From: Eledone cirrhosa
Lineage: Eukaryota
Length of the DNA stretch: 64,000 bases
Assembly: GCA_964016885.1 (NCBI GenBank)
Contig: OZ024743.1
Span: 149,358,001 to 149,422,000, forward strand
Reading direction: 5' to 3'
In this document: in pieces, positions 26,666-40,429 of the stretch
Position numbering within the stretch: position 1 is the first letter of the stretch
Layout of the letters: every line of letters starts with the position of its first letter
Made by a program: the position numbers and the translations under genes
Notes under the pieces: generated by a model
Database searches by the model: none
The model's input: only the letters and a program-made list of their open reading frames with translations
What the model was told of the DNA's origin: nothing

Positions 26666-28172
26666 ATGGGTTTGTGCAAGGCAAAAGCACCACTGATGCT
26701 CTCTTCCTAGAGAGGTAGTTAAAGAAAAAGTACCTAGCTAAAAGTAAGCTGCTCTACCTGGCATTTGTTGATCTGGAAAAAGTGAGGAATTTAGCATACA
26801 GGTCGGTGTCCAACAGGGCTCTGTTCTTAGTCCTCTACTGTTTATTATTGTATTGCAGGCTATAACAGAGGAGTTTAAGACCGGATGCCCATAGAAACTT
26901 CTGTACGTGGATGATCTTACACTTATAGCTGAATCTATGGCGGAACTAGAGAAGACATTCAAAACATGGAAGCAGGGACTAGAAAGAAGGGGTCTCAAAG
27001 TAAACCTGACAAAAACTAAGGCCCTCGTAAGTAGACAAGAAAACAGAACACAGCTCCCCTCAGGGAAATGGTCTTGCTCAGTATGTAGGGAAGGTGTAGG
27101 TAGAAATTCCATCCTCGGCCCCAAATGCAAAGTATGGGTACACAAGAGATGTAGTGGGATCTCAGGAAGTTTAGTTAAGAATGTAGGCTTTACATGTAGC
27201 AGTTGCACCAGGACAGCAAGCAGCAAACAGCCACAGGAAACAAGCACTACCAAATTCTGAGAGGGTTCTGTAGAAACAGTAGACAGCTTCTGCTACCTAG
27301 GTGACCAAATTAACAGCGGAGGTGGGTGTTCTGAAAGTACAGTAACCAGGGTCAGAACGGGATGGAAGAAGTTCAGGGAGCTACTACCATTGCTCGCTGC
27401 AAAAGGCTTTTACCTCAAAATGAAAGAAAGACGGTATGATATGTGCATACAAACAGCAATGTTACATGGTAGTGAGACCTGGGTGTTGTGTGCAGAAGAC
27501 TTGCGCAAATTAGAAAGAAATAAAGCTTGCATGTTCTGATGGATCTGTAATAGTAATATACGTGAACGGCAAAGCATAAACGAATTGAGAGAGAGACTAA
27601 GCATAAGAGGAATCAAATGCTGTGTGCAAGAGAGGAGATTATGTTGGTATGGACAAGCGATGCATATGGAGGATGACAGCTTCATAATGCAGAACACTAA
27701 ATGTCGATGAAAGCCTTGGAGTGGGGAGATCTAAGAAAACCTGGGATGAGGTGATAAAAGCTGATCTTGCCCAATTGCACCTCTCAAAGGTGATGACAGA
27801 GGACTGAGACCTCTGGCATTTCACAGTAATACAGAACCCGACTTCCCATGGGTACAAGCCATGCTGAAGCATACAGACAGTATGCCCCTACCCCCTGCCA
27901 CTGTAAAATGGTTGTGTAGGTGTCACGACATAATGCACCCAGTCCACACTATAAAGTGGATGTGTAGGCGCCACGGTAAAAAAACACCCAGTACTCACTG
28001 TAAATGAGGTTGGTGTTAGGAAGGGCATCCAGCTGTAGAAATCAAGCCAAAATCAGTTTTGTATGAGTAAGACATGGTCCCCTGACCTGGCATTGCCCAC
28101 AACAGGACAACCCATCTAACCCATGCTAGCGTGGAAGAATGGAAGTAAAATGGTAACGATGATGATGATGAT
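26666..28172 (+). mobile_element. 5'-truncated, internally deleted RTE LINE (RT, PHD-like insert, C-terminus, 3' UTR)
   Basis: GKSTTDALF, AFVDLEK, QQGSVLSPLLF, LYVDDL, GLKVNLTKTK, CSVC..CKVWVHKRC..CSSC, FCYLG, LHGSETW; several stops; (GAT)n tail. Confidence 0.95.
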
Positions 28173-28731
28173 ACATACATACATATATCATCTTCATCAA
28201 CACCATCATCATCATCATATACTTTTTACCAAAAGTCAAAGTAATAGCAAATTGAGAAGTTGAAACTTTGACTGCATTGATATTTCTTCGCGTGCACGCA
28301 TGTGTGTGTGTGTGTGTGTGTGTGTGCATGGTTTTGCATGTGTGTATGTGTGTGTGTGTGTACGTGTGTATGCATTCACATACACCTACACAAGAAGAAA
28401 TATGAATGGAGTTAAAATTTCAACTTTTCAAATTGATATTATTTTGCCTTTTGTTAAAAAAAAAAAAAAAGACCATCGGAAATAAGTTTAATTTGTTCAC
28501 ATTCAGCAGTGTAAATCATGCTATAGATGACATACAATGATCATGGGGGTAATTCAGAGGTGGAGATGTGAAGAAGGGTTGGGAAAAAGGGGAGTGAGAA
28601 GTGTAGAAAAGAAGTGCCAGATAAAGAAGGGTTTAATTAAAGGTACATTCTATTGCAAAGTTGATGTTTGTATTAGATGTCTTATTGATCCGGATATAGC
28701 TCAGTTATTTGACTGTGAGAAGAAGAAGAAG

Positions 28732-28762
<31 letters not shown>

Positions 28763-29411
28763 TATTTAAAAACATGATATGAATTAGAGTTAAAGTAATT
28801 TCATATGAATGCTACATATCATACGAAAATAAGAAAACTCAATGTTATTGACCCCAGTCCATTACTGGTACTTAATTATTTAATTTCCTCATATCCTGCC
28901 CTACAAAAATTTGAATTTTGCCTAAGTAAAAAGAAAATAATAATAATAAAAAATAAATTAATCAACCATAGAAGAATAAAAGGCCAAGTAAAACCCAAAA
29001 GTTTTCTAACTCAGAATGTAAAGTGACATTATCAAAGCAGTCAAAAGATTTTAATTATCACACTGCCAATTCTATTAATCTACCACCTGGCTTAGAAGGT
29101 AAAATAATAAATTTTAAGATATTTTAGAGAGTGGAAATGGTTGATTATAACAGTCAAGCATTGGTACTTGATTGGTACTAAACTTATCGAAACCAGAAGC
29201 ATGAAAAACAAATTTAAACTTGGATGGATTTAAAATAAAATCTATCTCAAGCCAAGAGGCTCATCATGAAGCAACTGAGTGTACAAGACTCCTCCCTGAA
29301 CAGACACCAGTCCATAACAGGGTTAAACCCCACAGCTATTGCTGGTACTCATCGTTTAATATCTAAGTGCCTGAGATTTACAAAAATGAACCATAATGAT
29401 AATAATAATAT

Positions 29412-29760
29412 TTTTATGGAAATTGAAAAATGAGGCATCTTTAGGCCCGTACAATACCAGTGATAGTTGTTTCACTTGGAATGATAAAAAAGGGAACAAA
29501 AAATATTTGAACTAGATACCTGGAAAGCCATTTCTAGAAGAGATACAGAAAATAGTGCAGACTGGTACTGCCCAAGACCTGAGAAGAGCATTATCAATGT
29601 AAATACCTTGTAAAGATATTTACTGTTTTGTTTATGCCTTTGTGGTATCATTTGCATGCCAATTGATTTTTAAATGTGTGATCGACCAAATTTTGCCTCA
29701 AGTGTCAGGTTGACACTTGGCAAGATATGGGAAATAGTAGAATTCGAAGGAAATTTCACA
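29412..29760 (+). mobile_element. R4/Dong-like LINE extreme 3' end
   Basis: RTIPVIVVSLGMIK...IPGKPFLEEIQKIVQTGTAQDLRRALSM*; preceded by (TAA)n. Confidence 0.7.
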
Positions 29761-30272
29761 TATTAATAATGTTCATCTCTTAATATTGTGAACATCTTAT
29801 ATATGATACTCCTGTTTTCGTGAATTTTATGAGCACTTTGAAAGCCATCGTTTGAGATAGAAAACAAGTTATATCTACATCATTGTCATACACATTACAT
29901 TAAAAATAATAATTCCTAACAGTATGATCTAAGAGAAATTCATCTGCATATGTTACAGTGTTGGTATTAGGATATTAAATAACAACATTTGGTTTTCATA
30001 TAGATTGTATATTTAATTTAGTAATATGCTTCAGGGCCATTACAACAGATTCTACAGCTGTATTTCTCATCAGCTTTTCTTTCATCTTACAATTTGCATT
30101 AGATTGTTCCTTTATTTTCAAACTTCTTTTCACCTAATTTATATTTAATGGGTGATTTGGTGAACTCTGTAGGACTTACAAATACTTACACAATATCTCT
30201 CTTTCTCTATATATATATATATATATTTCTGTCTGTCCATCTGTCTTGGAGCCTATCTAATTGCTTATCTAT

Positions 30273-30312
<40 letters not shown>

Positions 30313-31889
30313 ATATATATATATATAGAGAGAGAGATTTATATATATACATATATATAGAGAGAGATTTATATATACATATATATGTGTGTGTGTGAGT
30401 ATGTGTGTGTGTGTGCGTGCACGTATATACATATATATACATTTATATGTAATGAAATTGAATGCTATACAGACATATACGTATGTATATGCTTGATCTG
30501 ATTTGTGTTGTATTTTATGTTGTTTTGTTTTCTTTTTTCTTGTCTGTAGTAGTTATATTTCTTTTCTTTCTTTTTTTCCGTTTCTTAATGCTTCCCCACC
30601 ATTCTCTTCATTCTGTTTTACTACACAATGAAACATGAATGATATTAAAAGCAGGTGGCTCTATTTTATAGAAAATATACTAGCATAGTATGTTGCTGTT
30701 TATACCCCTATTATCAATTTTGTTTCTCATAATTGTAATTCAATTTAAAATTTTCATTTACTTTGGTTTTTCTACTATCCATGGTAATAAAAATTATTAA
30801 ATGGTTCCTTCTTCCTAAAGAAAAAACGTCCAAATAATTTGTAGGAGTGCCTTACATAATTATTTTTTCCCTTTCATAAATGAAGTTATATATTTGTTTT
30901 TGCTGTATATTCATTCTATTTCTAATAATAATTATAGTTTTTAATGTTGTTTTTATTGCTGATATTGTGGTTATTGTGGCTTTTGTTGTTAAGTAGCCCT
31001 AGTCACCCTTGCTTGAGTAAAACTATGACACACAGAAGCGCCCTACTAAAACCTTTATAATTTTATTTCTTCTCAAAGTACAGGCACTTGTCAGAATTTG
31101 TGACATAAGAAATACCCATCAAATGCTTCTTGAGCAACCCACAAATCCATCATTCCAGAAATAATAAACTTCTATGTACTTAAAGATAAACCTGATCTCT
31201 AAATCAGATGAGAGAAACAGTTTCAAATAATTTATTAACAGGTATAAGTATTAGAAAATTGTTAGCATTATGATGATGATTGTTATCGATTACCTCAAAA
31301 TCAACTCCAATCAAGTAAATAAATAAAGAAAAGCATTCCAGCAATGACCACTCCATCTTTTCTCTTTGTTTCAGATATAGTTTATCGAAAGTGACATTAT
31401 TCTTTAAGGTGGTTGGGATATTTCATTGATATTTCTTATAGTCTAAGCTGCTACATAGGAGCATAAATGTATAAGAGAAATTTTATTGCAGTTTTGCCTA
31501 ATATAAAGTATTGTAAATGTTTACAATAATTCCTTATTAGTAAGTATATTTAAACACACTGATGGAACACAAGCCAAATTTTCTTCAAGCAGATTCTGTC
31601 CTCTCTCCACAAAACATGCCAAAAAATGAAAACTATATCATTTGGCCCAATATGAAAAGGATAATGCACACATTGCTAGAAACAAACATTGTAGAAAAGG
31701 TTAGATTTTATTTATTAAATCATACAAATAAAACAGAAAATGAATAAATGGTCATGAGAGGAATATTTCTCTATACTATATACATGTTTTCCTGCAAAAA
31801 ATAACTCTAGTCTAAGAATAACTTTGGGTCCTAACAAACTAACTATGTATGTATTTGTGAAGTGGTAAATAAATATATACATATACATC

Positions 31890-32055
31890 AGGTCTGAACA
31901 AAATGGAACCAAACTACTACTGTCACTGCTTCCATATCTCCCACTCTCCCCATCTCTCACTATTACAAGCAAATGTAGGCCCACACGCTGGCCACCCCAC
32001 GGCTCCAGCAGACAGAATAGAGGAGGCATTTTCCCAGAGGATGGTGAGGGAGACA
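31890..32055 (-). repeat. Unclassified GC-richer interspersed repeat, copy 1
   Basis: Homologous in inverted orientation to 34575-34740 (ccatcctcyggga...gccgtgggg.ggccagc.tgtggg...agagatgggg). Confidence 0.7.
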
Positions 32056-32149
32056 CACTGGAAGAGCACGACTAATGTAAGAAGATACCAAAAACATGCC
32101 AAGAAAAGGCTATACAGGTTTGTAATACTACTATGATGCATCATCAATG

Positions 32150-32690
32150 TTACTTATGCTTTAGCTGAAACGATTTTCATTAACTGGATCTTTGTTTGTG
32201 CCCTATCTGGGTTGAGTGCATAGATCACAAACACGTTGTCTTTGTACTTGGCCACCCAAATATGTGAATAACTTAAGCTACACATATCCACCGGCATAAT
32301 AAGTACTCCAATTTATGTTGCTGCATCCATGCAATCCAGTTGTTATCTGTCAAACAATTTGAAATTCCTGAGCTAGTTTAAGACGCTCTTGTACTTCTCT
32401 CTTTGAGAAAGAAGTCCCTTCCAATTCTACCTTGCAGCTAAGATACTATTACTAATAAGCAAGATGTACCCAGAAATGTCTCCCAAGCGTCAGACGAATT
32501 ATAGGTGTCTTGCCTTAGCATATAACTATCTAACCTCAGGATACCACCTTCATTACCATTGACTTTCAGAATCATTAATTGTCATCTGGTTCATAAAAGA
32601 TCTTAACCTTTCCTGCATAACAGACCGACCACTGGTTTTCTGCATGTCTCCAAGTTCCATTTCCTACCTATCATCACAATATGGTGGTTT
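32150..32690 (-). mobile_element. Highly degraded R4-like LINE remnant
   Basis: Only weak motif traces (GNEGG-like thumb motif); many stops. Confidence 0.35.
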
Positions 32691-33159
32691 GGAAATGTTA
32701 CCTAGAGCGAGCCTCTGGATGTCTCTGTGCTGGAGAGGTATACATTTCTAATTTCCAGTAATGAAACGTCGTAGTTACTACTACTTCTGATGAACCTGAT
32801 TCGGCTGCATTCTTTCCCGTCAAATAGTTTGTAATAAAATGATTTATGAATATGTGAAAGATTAACATGCAATGTTAACTTTTTCTTATAGAGATGAAAA
32901 CAACTGCCCAGTAGCCATAGCACCTCTATACCCACCACCCTACAAAAATAACAGCATCAATGACTACAACAATATTAACTACTAAAAGTGGATTAAGTTA
33001 TAGTAAATATTTTAATAAATATATTGATAATACGTACATTTTAAAATTATAAAGAAGAAACCCAAATTTAATTATTAGTAGCATTTGGCAGCAGAGTGGT
33101 AAGAGAAGGAATATTAAGAAGAATGTAAATAAGAGAGGGTGAAGTCTGTAATAGAAAGA

Positions 33160-33347
33160 AATAATTGTTTCTACTTTAGGCACAAGGCCAGCAATTACCC
33201 AGTGCATTACTGGTACTTTATTTTATCGACCCCGTAAGGATGAAAGGCAAAGTCAACCTCGGCGGGATTTGAACTCAGATCGTAAAGGGACGTAACTATG
33301 CTGGAAAGCATGGCGTCCGACCCTCTACCGATACTGCCAATCCACCG
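33160..33347 (-). mobile_element. Family A SINE
   Basis: Full reverse-complement copy; taatagaaagaaataat is repeated on both flanks (TSD-like). Confidence 0.92.
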
Positions 33348-33559
33348 TAATAGAAAGAAATAATAAAGGGAAAACATGATACATTAATCAAAAAAATATT
33401 TAATCAAAATAGAGAGAACATAACAGAAATATACAATAAATAAATAAATTTCTTTATGATCCTAGCATCTTTGAGAAATTGGGTCTACTACATCTAAGAA
33501 AATAGTAGAAATCTGTTGAAGGGGATACTCATTCTTCCCTATTTGAAGGAGACAATTCA

Positions 33560-34440
33560 TATGCCATTCACCCTGAGATATTCGTCTTGTAAATTATATA
33601 CTTCAATATACATTTGATATCAGGCGCACAACATATATTGAAAATGAAACAGTGGATACGTTTTCACGTGTTTGAATGAATACTTCTACGTTTAATGATA
33701 GTGACCAGACAGCATCTGATCATGAGAGCAACGACAACGGAATTCACATCTTTAAGAAATTCCAGTAGGTTTTTCCTTACATAGAATAATCTGGTGAGAT
33801 GACTCCGCCGGTACTGAACACACACCTTTCAATTTTAAGCACACCTCAAGGTTTATCACAACCAGAAGATGCTGCAGTGTAACACACATGATATCAGTAC
33901 GTTTTGTTTGTACTGGTATCATCAAAGACATTAGATAATGGGTCAGAAACGAAAATTTCATCGCCACGTCAAGTCACTATTATGCTCCTTTGCGTCATCT
34001 GTCGCCACATTCAAAACATTTACATAAATCTTGTAGGCCTTTCTTAGAAATGTACATATCTGTTCACCTGTGTCGATAGATTTGCCAAATAACCTGGAGA
34101 TATCTCATTGACTAACGTCACTAAAAATAAAAAAAAAGAGGAAAAGATAAAAAACAATCGCTAAGGCGTCAATACGTCACAGGATTACTAGAAACGGCAC
34201 ACCATCTACTACAACAACTGATATAGGACGATAGTCCGAGTCTAATCTGTTCACAGAGTTAATATGATTACTGGGCTGCAATTAAACCCATACCATCCCA
34301 TACCGCCCGACAGCTAACGGAGTGGGTGAACATTTCCATCGATAACTACAGATAGCACTGAAAGAACCCCCACCACCCAATCCTAGTAGGTGGAACAAGT
34401 GACTCCCTCTCGTAATGTTGGGTATATAATCAAAGAGGAA
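33560..34440 (+). mobile_element. Ty3/Gypsy pol remnant (RNase H end plus integrase)
   Basis: ISVRFVCTGIIKDIR*WVR, YLFTCVDRFAK*PGDISL, ITRNGTPSTTTTDIGR, PYRPTANGVGEHFHR*L, WNK*LPLVMLGI. Confidence 0.85.
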
Positions 34441-34574
34441 ATAAGGTAAGTTGATACTCAAATTCTATATAGCACTATTTCAATTACCAGAGCATGTCTG
34501 TACCTACTTGCTCTACTACAAGTTTTGACCCGGCACAGTGTGTCTACTGAATGCAAAAAAAAAAAAACAACGCA

Positions 34575-34740
34575 TCTCCCTTACCATCCTCCGGGAAATC
34601 GCTTTCTCCATTCTCTCTGCCGGGGCCGTGGGGCGGCCAGCACGTGGGATTCCATTTGCTCATAATACAGAGAGATGGGGAGGGCGAGAGAGATGGAGGC
34701 GATGACAGTGGGAGTTCGGGTCTTCCATGTTCAGACACAT
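34575..34740 (+). repeat. Unclassified GC-richer interspersed repeat, copy 2
   Basis: See 31890-32055. Confidence 0.7.
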
Positions 34741-35667
34741 TTATCAATTCTATGTTGCTGTTGATACTTAAATATCTGATACTTATTTCTTCATTAGTCA
34801 CCAATGTTTACCATACCGAAGTACTGCACAGGTACCGCATCAGTAGTTTCAAAAAAGGTCACATGTTTTCACCGTACGATCTCTGTCAAAATTAATCACC
34901 AGAAATTGCTCATTTATCACCAGTCACAAAACAATCAAAACTTGGTAACATACATAAAACATTCTTCAAGATTGTTTCGTTTGCAAGATTGCTTAACGAT
35001 TGTTATTCCTTTCGAAATAATCATTTGGGATTTGAGAATAATGTAGCCATTGGTAGTGTGTTGAAGATTGAATTTAAGTTGCCTGACTTGTAACTACGTA
35101 TTACATGGAAATAAAGGTTTCTGAATTAGCCACAAGGCCAACAAGTTTGGCTGACTGAATAATAAATTGTTGATTCATTACATTTGCCAAAAGGATTTTC
35201 AGTCTTAGAAGGGTGAATGTCTAAGGCTGATACAACTTAAAATAATCCTGAACAGGTATGTTCTACACTATGGGGGTAAAATCTCATTAGCGTCTAGTAT
35301 AAATAAATTACTTTTAACACTTCCATAATTTTAATTTATTGAACTTTCTTTTTAAACCTAACCATCACTTATTATCTATAACATTTTCCTATAGGTTCTT
35401 TTTCACTAAATCTGTGGTGTGGCTTTGATAAGCTTTCTGTGAAACACAGGGGATCATAGAATATGTTTTGAATTCTTCATTACTTCAAAATAAGGATTCC
35501 CATTATCCAATTTGTCCATCTTTTGTAAGGTTCTAGAAGACCAGACCAGGTGGTGTCAGCCTATTCATATAAAGTTCGGGCTCTTTTATTCTGTTCTGTT
35601 ACTTGTAAGTATATCGTATATATTATATGCACTTGAATATTCTGTAATCCATATATGAAACGTATTT

Positions 35668-36418
35668 AGGATTGGCAGTATCGGTAGAGGGTCGGACACC
35701 ATGTTTTCCAGCATAGTTACGTCCCTTTATGATCTGAGTTCAAATCCCGCCGAGGTTGACTTTGCCTTTCATCCTTACGGGGTCGATAAAATAAAGTACC
35801 AGTAATGCACTGGGTAATTGCTGGCCTTGTGCCTAAAGTAGAAACAATTATTAAAATACTTTACGGCCCTTGCCACTCTGAGTTCGAATCCCGTCGAGGT
35901 TAACTTTGCTTTTCATCCTTACGGAGTCGATAAAATAAAGTACCAGTAATGCACTGGGTAATTGCTGGCCTTGTGCCTAAAGTAGAAACAATTATTAAAA
36001 TACTTAATAATTAAGGGTGGTGGATTGGCAGTATCGGGAGTGGGTCGGACGCCATGCTTTGACGCATAGTTACGGCCCTTGCCATTCTGAGTTCAAATCC
36101 CGCCGAGGTTAACTTTGCCTTTCATCCTTATGGGGTCGATAAAATAAAGTACCAGTAATACTCTGGGTAATTGCTGGCCTTGTGCCAAAAGTAGAAACAA
36201 TTATTAAAATACTTAATGGCGGTGGATTGGCAGTATCGGTAGAGGGTCGGACGCCATGCTTTCAGCATAGAGTTACGGCCCTTTATGGTCTGAGTTCAAA
36301 TCCCCTCGAGGTTAACTTTGCCTTTCATCCTTACGGGGTCGATAAAATAAAGTACCAGTAATACACTGGGATAATTGATGGCCTTGTGCCAAAAGTAGAA
36401 ACAATTATTAAAATACTT
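35668..36418 (+). mobile_element. Head-to-tail array of four family A SINE units
   Basis: Units at about 35668-35858, 35859-36005, 36014-36214 and 36218-36418, each ending gaaacaattattaaaatactt. Confidence 0.95.
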
Positions 36419-37135
36419 AATGAAATGTTTGAAACGAGGACGATATTTTACAACCTACCCGAGTCTATTAACAGCTTTGCAAAGACCTACATACTAGATG
36501 ACACTTCCCACACCTTTCCGGTACTTTCTACCTGTGTAGAACTAGGGTTTTCTTATTTACACTTATTCAGAAAGTTACCTTTCTTGGTAAACGATTTACT
36601 CTAATAAAGAGCATCATCCCAGAATTCTTAATGTAAGCTAGATGTAAGAAATGCAAGCATGTTACCTTAATGTAAGAAATGTTACCTAGATGAAAAAAAA
36701 AAAAAAAATACTAAATTTATGTTAACATATTTAATGCAGTGACCATTCATTTAGCGGTGACTAATATTAATTTAGTTACTTCGGCATGTACGAAAGACAA
36801 TTTTCGACAAGTTTTGGTCTTATTAGAATTCACCAGCAAAACAAAGATTTGTCGCGGATGGAAGAATCATTAATTGACAAAATGAGTCCGTCCATTTTTG
36901 AACTAAAACGAATACATATTCTCATAACTGGTAAATGGCAAAATAGACTACTTTCTTGTCCCTATTGTTGTTATTATTGTTTGTGTCGCTGGTTCCATCC
37001 GAAATCATTGACATTTCTAGCTATGTTGTTGTAGATGTTTGGCCCTAGTTCAGCTCTGATAAAAGGGGATTTAAATGCAATCATCCCGCCTTTTTTTAGA
37101 AGTAGAGTTAGTTATACTATTCTATGTGATAGTCA

Positions 37136-37368
37136 TTTGGCAGTATCGGTAGAAGGTCGGACGCCATGCTTTCCATCATAGTTACGTCCCTTTACGATCT
37201 GAGTTCAAATCCCGCCGAGGTTGACTTTGCCTTTCATCCTTACGGGGTCGATAAAATAAAGTACCAGTAATGCACTGGTTAATTGCTGGCCTTGTGCCTA
37301 AAGTAGAAACAATTATTAAGACGATATATGGCCTTGTGCCAAAAGTAGAAACAATTATTAAGACGATA
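37136..37368 (+). mobile_element. Family A SINE with duplicated tail
   Basis: Full body; the tail plus aagacgatat occurs twice. Confidence 0.9.
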
Positions 37369-37640
37369 TGGTGTAATTCTAGGTAGACTTAGCTGCCATT
37401 TATAAGAGATTGGATGACTATGTAGGGGTTGTTAGTGTATGTGTCGTTGTTCTTGTTTGTGACATCGCCAACCCCTTCGAATGGTATCAGTGGAGCCGGC
37501 AGTCAATATTTATATATTTGTTACGAATTTTAATCAAAATTTTCTTAATGAAAATTTGCTTACTTTCCAAAAGAATATTAATTGAAGAATTCGGCAGTCG
37601 TTGCTTTTACAATATCAAAAAGTTCACCTCTGGTACTCAC

Positions 37641-37866
37641 CTTCCACCGCATTGCATATTTTTCAACTGCTGATGATGTTCTTGACATATCGGAAAATGC
37701 CTGTTCATCGAGCAAACGATAAAGACAAATGAGAATAAAACTCTCCTGTTTATGTTGAGATATCGAGAGGTTCTTCATCTCGTTAATATCTTCTACGATT
37801 AGAACAGAAGAAATTCTGGCCTTCGTTAGAAAATTGAACTTGCCGTAAATGAGTCCAAGAGAAACT
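37641..37866 (-). other. Candidate exon or unassigned ORF fragment
   Basis: About 75 open codons (…NFLTKARISSVLIVEDINEMKNL…AVEKYAMRWK) ending at AAG|GTGAGT; weak acceptor; no homology recognised. Confidence 0.2.
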
Positions 37867-37912
37867 TAAATGTGTGGAAATCAGAAGGCTAAAAGACAGT
37901 CTGTTACATAAA

Positions 37913-38101
37913 CAGACCTGTCAACTCTCGCCGCCCGAGGGAGAGATCTCTTATCAACTTTGGGGAGTGTAAGAGATGTCTTGTGAAAATAGGTATAGCT
38001 TTCATTATATAAATTCTCCCCATTTTGCCTCATTTCGCCCCGTTTTGGGGCACTTCTTTTCATGGTACTCCCGTTTGCGTTTTTAGAGGTTGGCAGGTTT
38101 G
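37913..38101. mobile_element. hAT-like MITE
   Basis: TIRs cagacctgtcaac / gttggcaggtttg; second copy at 44891-45060; TSD unclear. Confidence 0.7.
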
Positions 38102-40429
38102 TATAAACATGTAAGGAAGAATCTGTTCAAAATTACAATCTCCTTTATTTTCACTACATATATTCAACATTGCTACGTAGAAAATATGATTATATACAAT
38201 AATTCAAATATCAATTACAATAAAATGGATACTAATAGTTATAGCTCTTTAACTAGCAGGGAACATCATGAGCCCATGCCAGGAATAACCACGAATTCAA
38301 CACTATCACTAACATTTTTTCACCTTTTACAACCGCAGTTTTCACTCTACAACTAAATTTATTTTTCCAACTCAATTTTCGCCAAAAACACTTTAGCAGC
38401 AATGTTTGTACTAAACTGCAAATATGACTGGCGATTCATATGCAGGTTTTACGTTTATTACCACACGCATATAGTTATACGGCATGCATCCACGGTTGGA
38501 TATGTACCACGGTTAAACGATGTGTTTAATTCTATATTCACCTATTTTAGTATATCTGTAACAGTCATATTTCGTGTTTTCACCATTCGTGTTATTTTGT
38601 TGTTGTTTTTTTTTATCATGGATGTCAAAATTTAAGCCCATATCACGAGTACATTTTATTGTGAAGGATATCTTGCCACAACTAAACTGATTTATCGATG
38701 AATAGAGAATATATTTTCCTATAGGAGAAAACTGTTCTTTTTATTTTCGTTATTTTGTTAGAATTTATATTTCTCTAGAATCTTAAGCGTGATATTGCAG
38801 CTATGAGATCAGTGAAGATGATAGATATAAAGCTATGGGAATTTAAATTAGGATAAAAATCTATAAAAATGCATTTCATTTGGGATAGCTAGAATATGGA
38901 TAAGAATATTAGAGAATTAGTGTGTCAAATAAGGAGTGAACCTCCGTCAATTTCGACGATAGGTATTCAAGTTGTTCGACCAATGGAACAGCCTGCGCAT
39001 GAAATTAACGCGTAAATGGCTGAGCAATCCACACACACGCGTACCTATAACGTAATCCCCAGGGAGATGCAGCCTAACATACTGTGTAACAAGCCTGGCT
39101 GTTTGAATTACGTGTAGAGTCCAACCAACGGGCATCGAAACAACTTTCGTCTACCTTCATATGGCATGGGTAGGCCCGAGGCCATGATAAATGACACATG
39201 CCCAAGATGCCACGTGGTAACATCGAACCCAGGACAGAATGGTTGCGAAGCGTAACTCTTAATTATTCGACAATGCTGTATCCACTGTATCAAATAAAAT
39301 TACAATAAGAATTTCAAATGAGTGAAAGATCTAGTCCATCACTCGTTTTAACGTATCACTTGACCCCCGGGGGTCTAGTAGAGTCCATTCTGTGGTGTCT
39401 GCTTCTTTGAAAAGCAGCTCGTTAGTCATGGTTTCTTCCTCCTTGTCATTCCCGAATCGGAGTCCCTTTAAAAAAATGTCACAGGCGCTGCGCTTTCTTT
39501 CACCGACTGTCATAAAAATAAATCAGGACACTGGAACATATTTTATCAAGAATAGACTTGGTAGCGCAAATACCAAATAAAATAAGCATGGAATGTATTG
39601 GGCCACAACAATACTCATCGTAATTCGTTCCAGGATACGACAATCTCCAGCATAAAATCGAATAATCGAGAAGGAAAGGGAAAATAAAAATAATTCAAAT
39701 TTTCTCCCATCCAATGATGTGAACCAATATTTGTTTAAGATGGATTCTGTCATGTTTAAAGAGAAGAAACATTATCAACAATTGTACTTTAGACTACATA
39801 CAGTAAGCTGCTTATAACTTAACCTCAGCACTAAGGTCAAGTTAATCAGCTTACTTTTGGCAATATGTCACTCAATAATGACAGCTATTTGAGGTTGAAT
39901 ACGTAGGATATGTAGCAAAATCTGATCGAAATTAACACATGTCAAAACTTACCAATCAGTCGGTGGTAAAAACAAATACACACATGCACATATATATATG
40001 TGTGTGTGTGTCGTCTATTAGTTGTAATTGCATCTTAATGTATATTAAGTGTGAATGTATGTATGTAAGTATATACATCTTCAAATATTGGAATTCATTA
40101 AAGATAGAAGAGGAGAGAACTCAATACATGGCGTACGGCATTATGTTTATTTAAATAGAATTTCTATTTTTCAGTGAGTCGAGCTTTACTCCACTGCAAT
40201 CACCGACCAACTGAATTTTCGGTAATTTTTGTTGCCCTTTTCTATGATGTTGTTCTCACCTTTCGTTGGGTTGATTAATCTGCTGAAAAGTTGGTTTTGT
40301 GGGCCTTCGGAGTGATGTATAACAAAGAATTTGGTTCTAATTCCTGTTCTTTGGTATTTGCTTTCAAAGCAGCCAAATTTTCCTTAGATATCTCAATGCT
40401 GTTTTAAATGAGGAAACATTAAACAATCT

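Noticed and set aside
32760-32812. Type II hammerhead (GAAACGTCGTA...CTGATGA)
   Set aside because: Stems I and II do not pair in register.
35668-36418. CRISPR-like or tRNA gene array
   Set aside because: Units are 150-200-bp SINEs with no unique spacers, and the heads do not form a complete cloverleaf.
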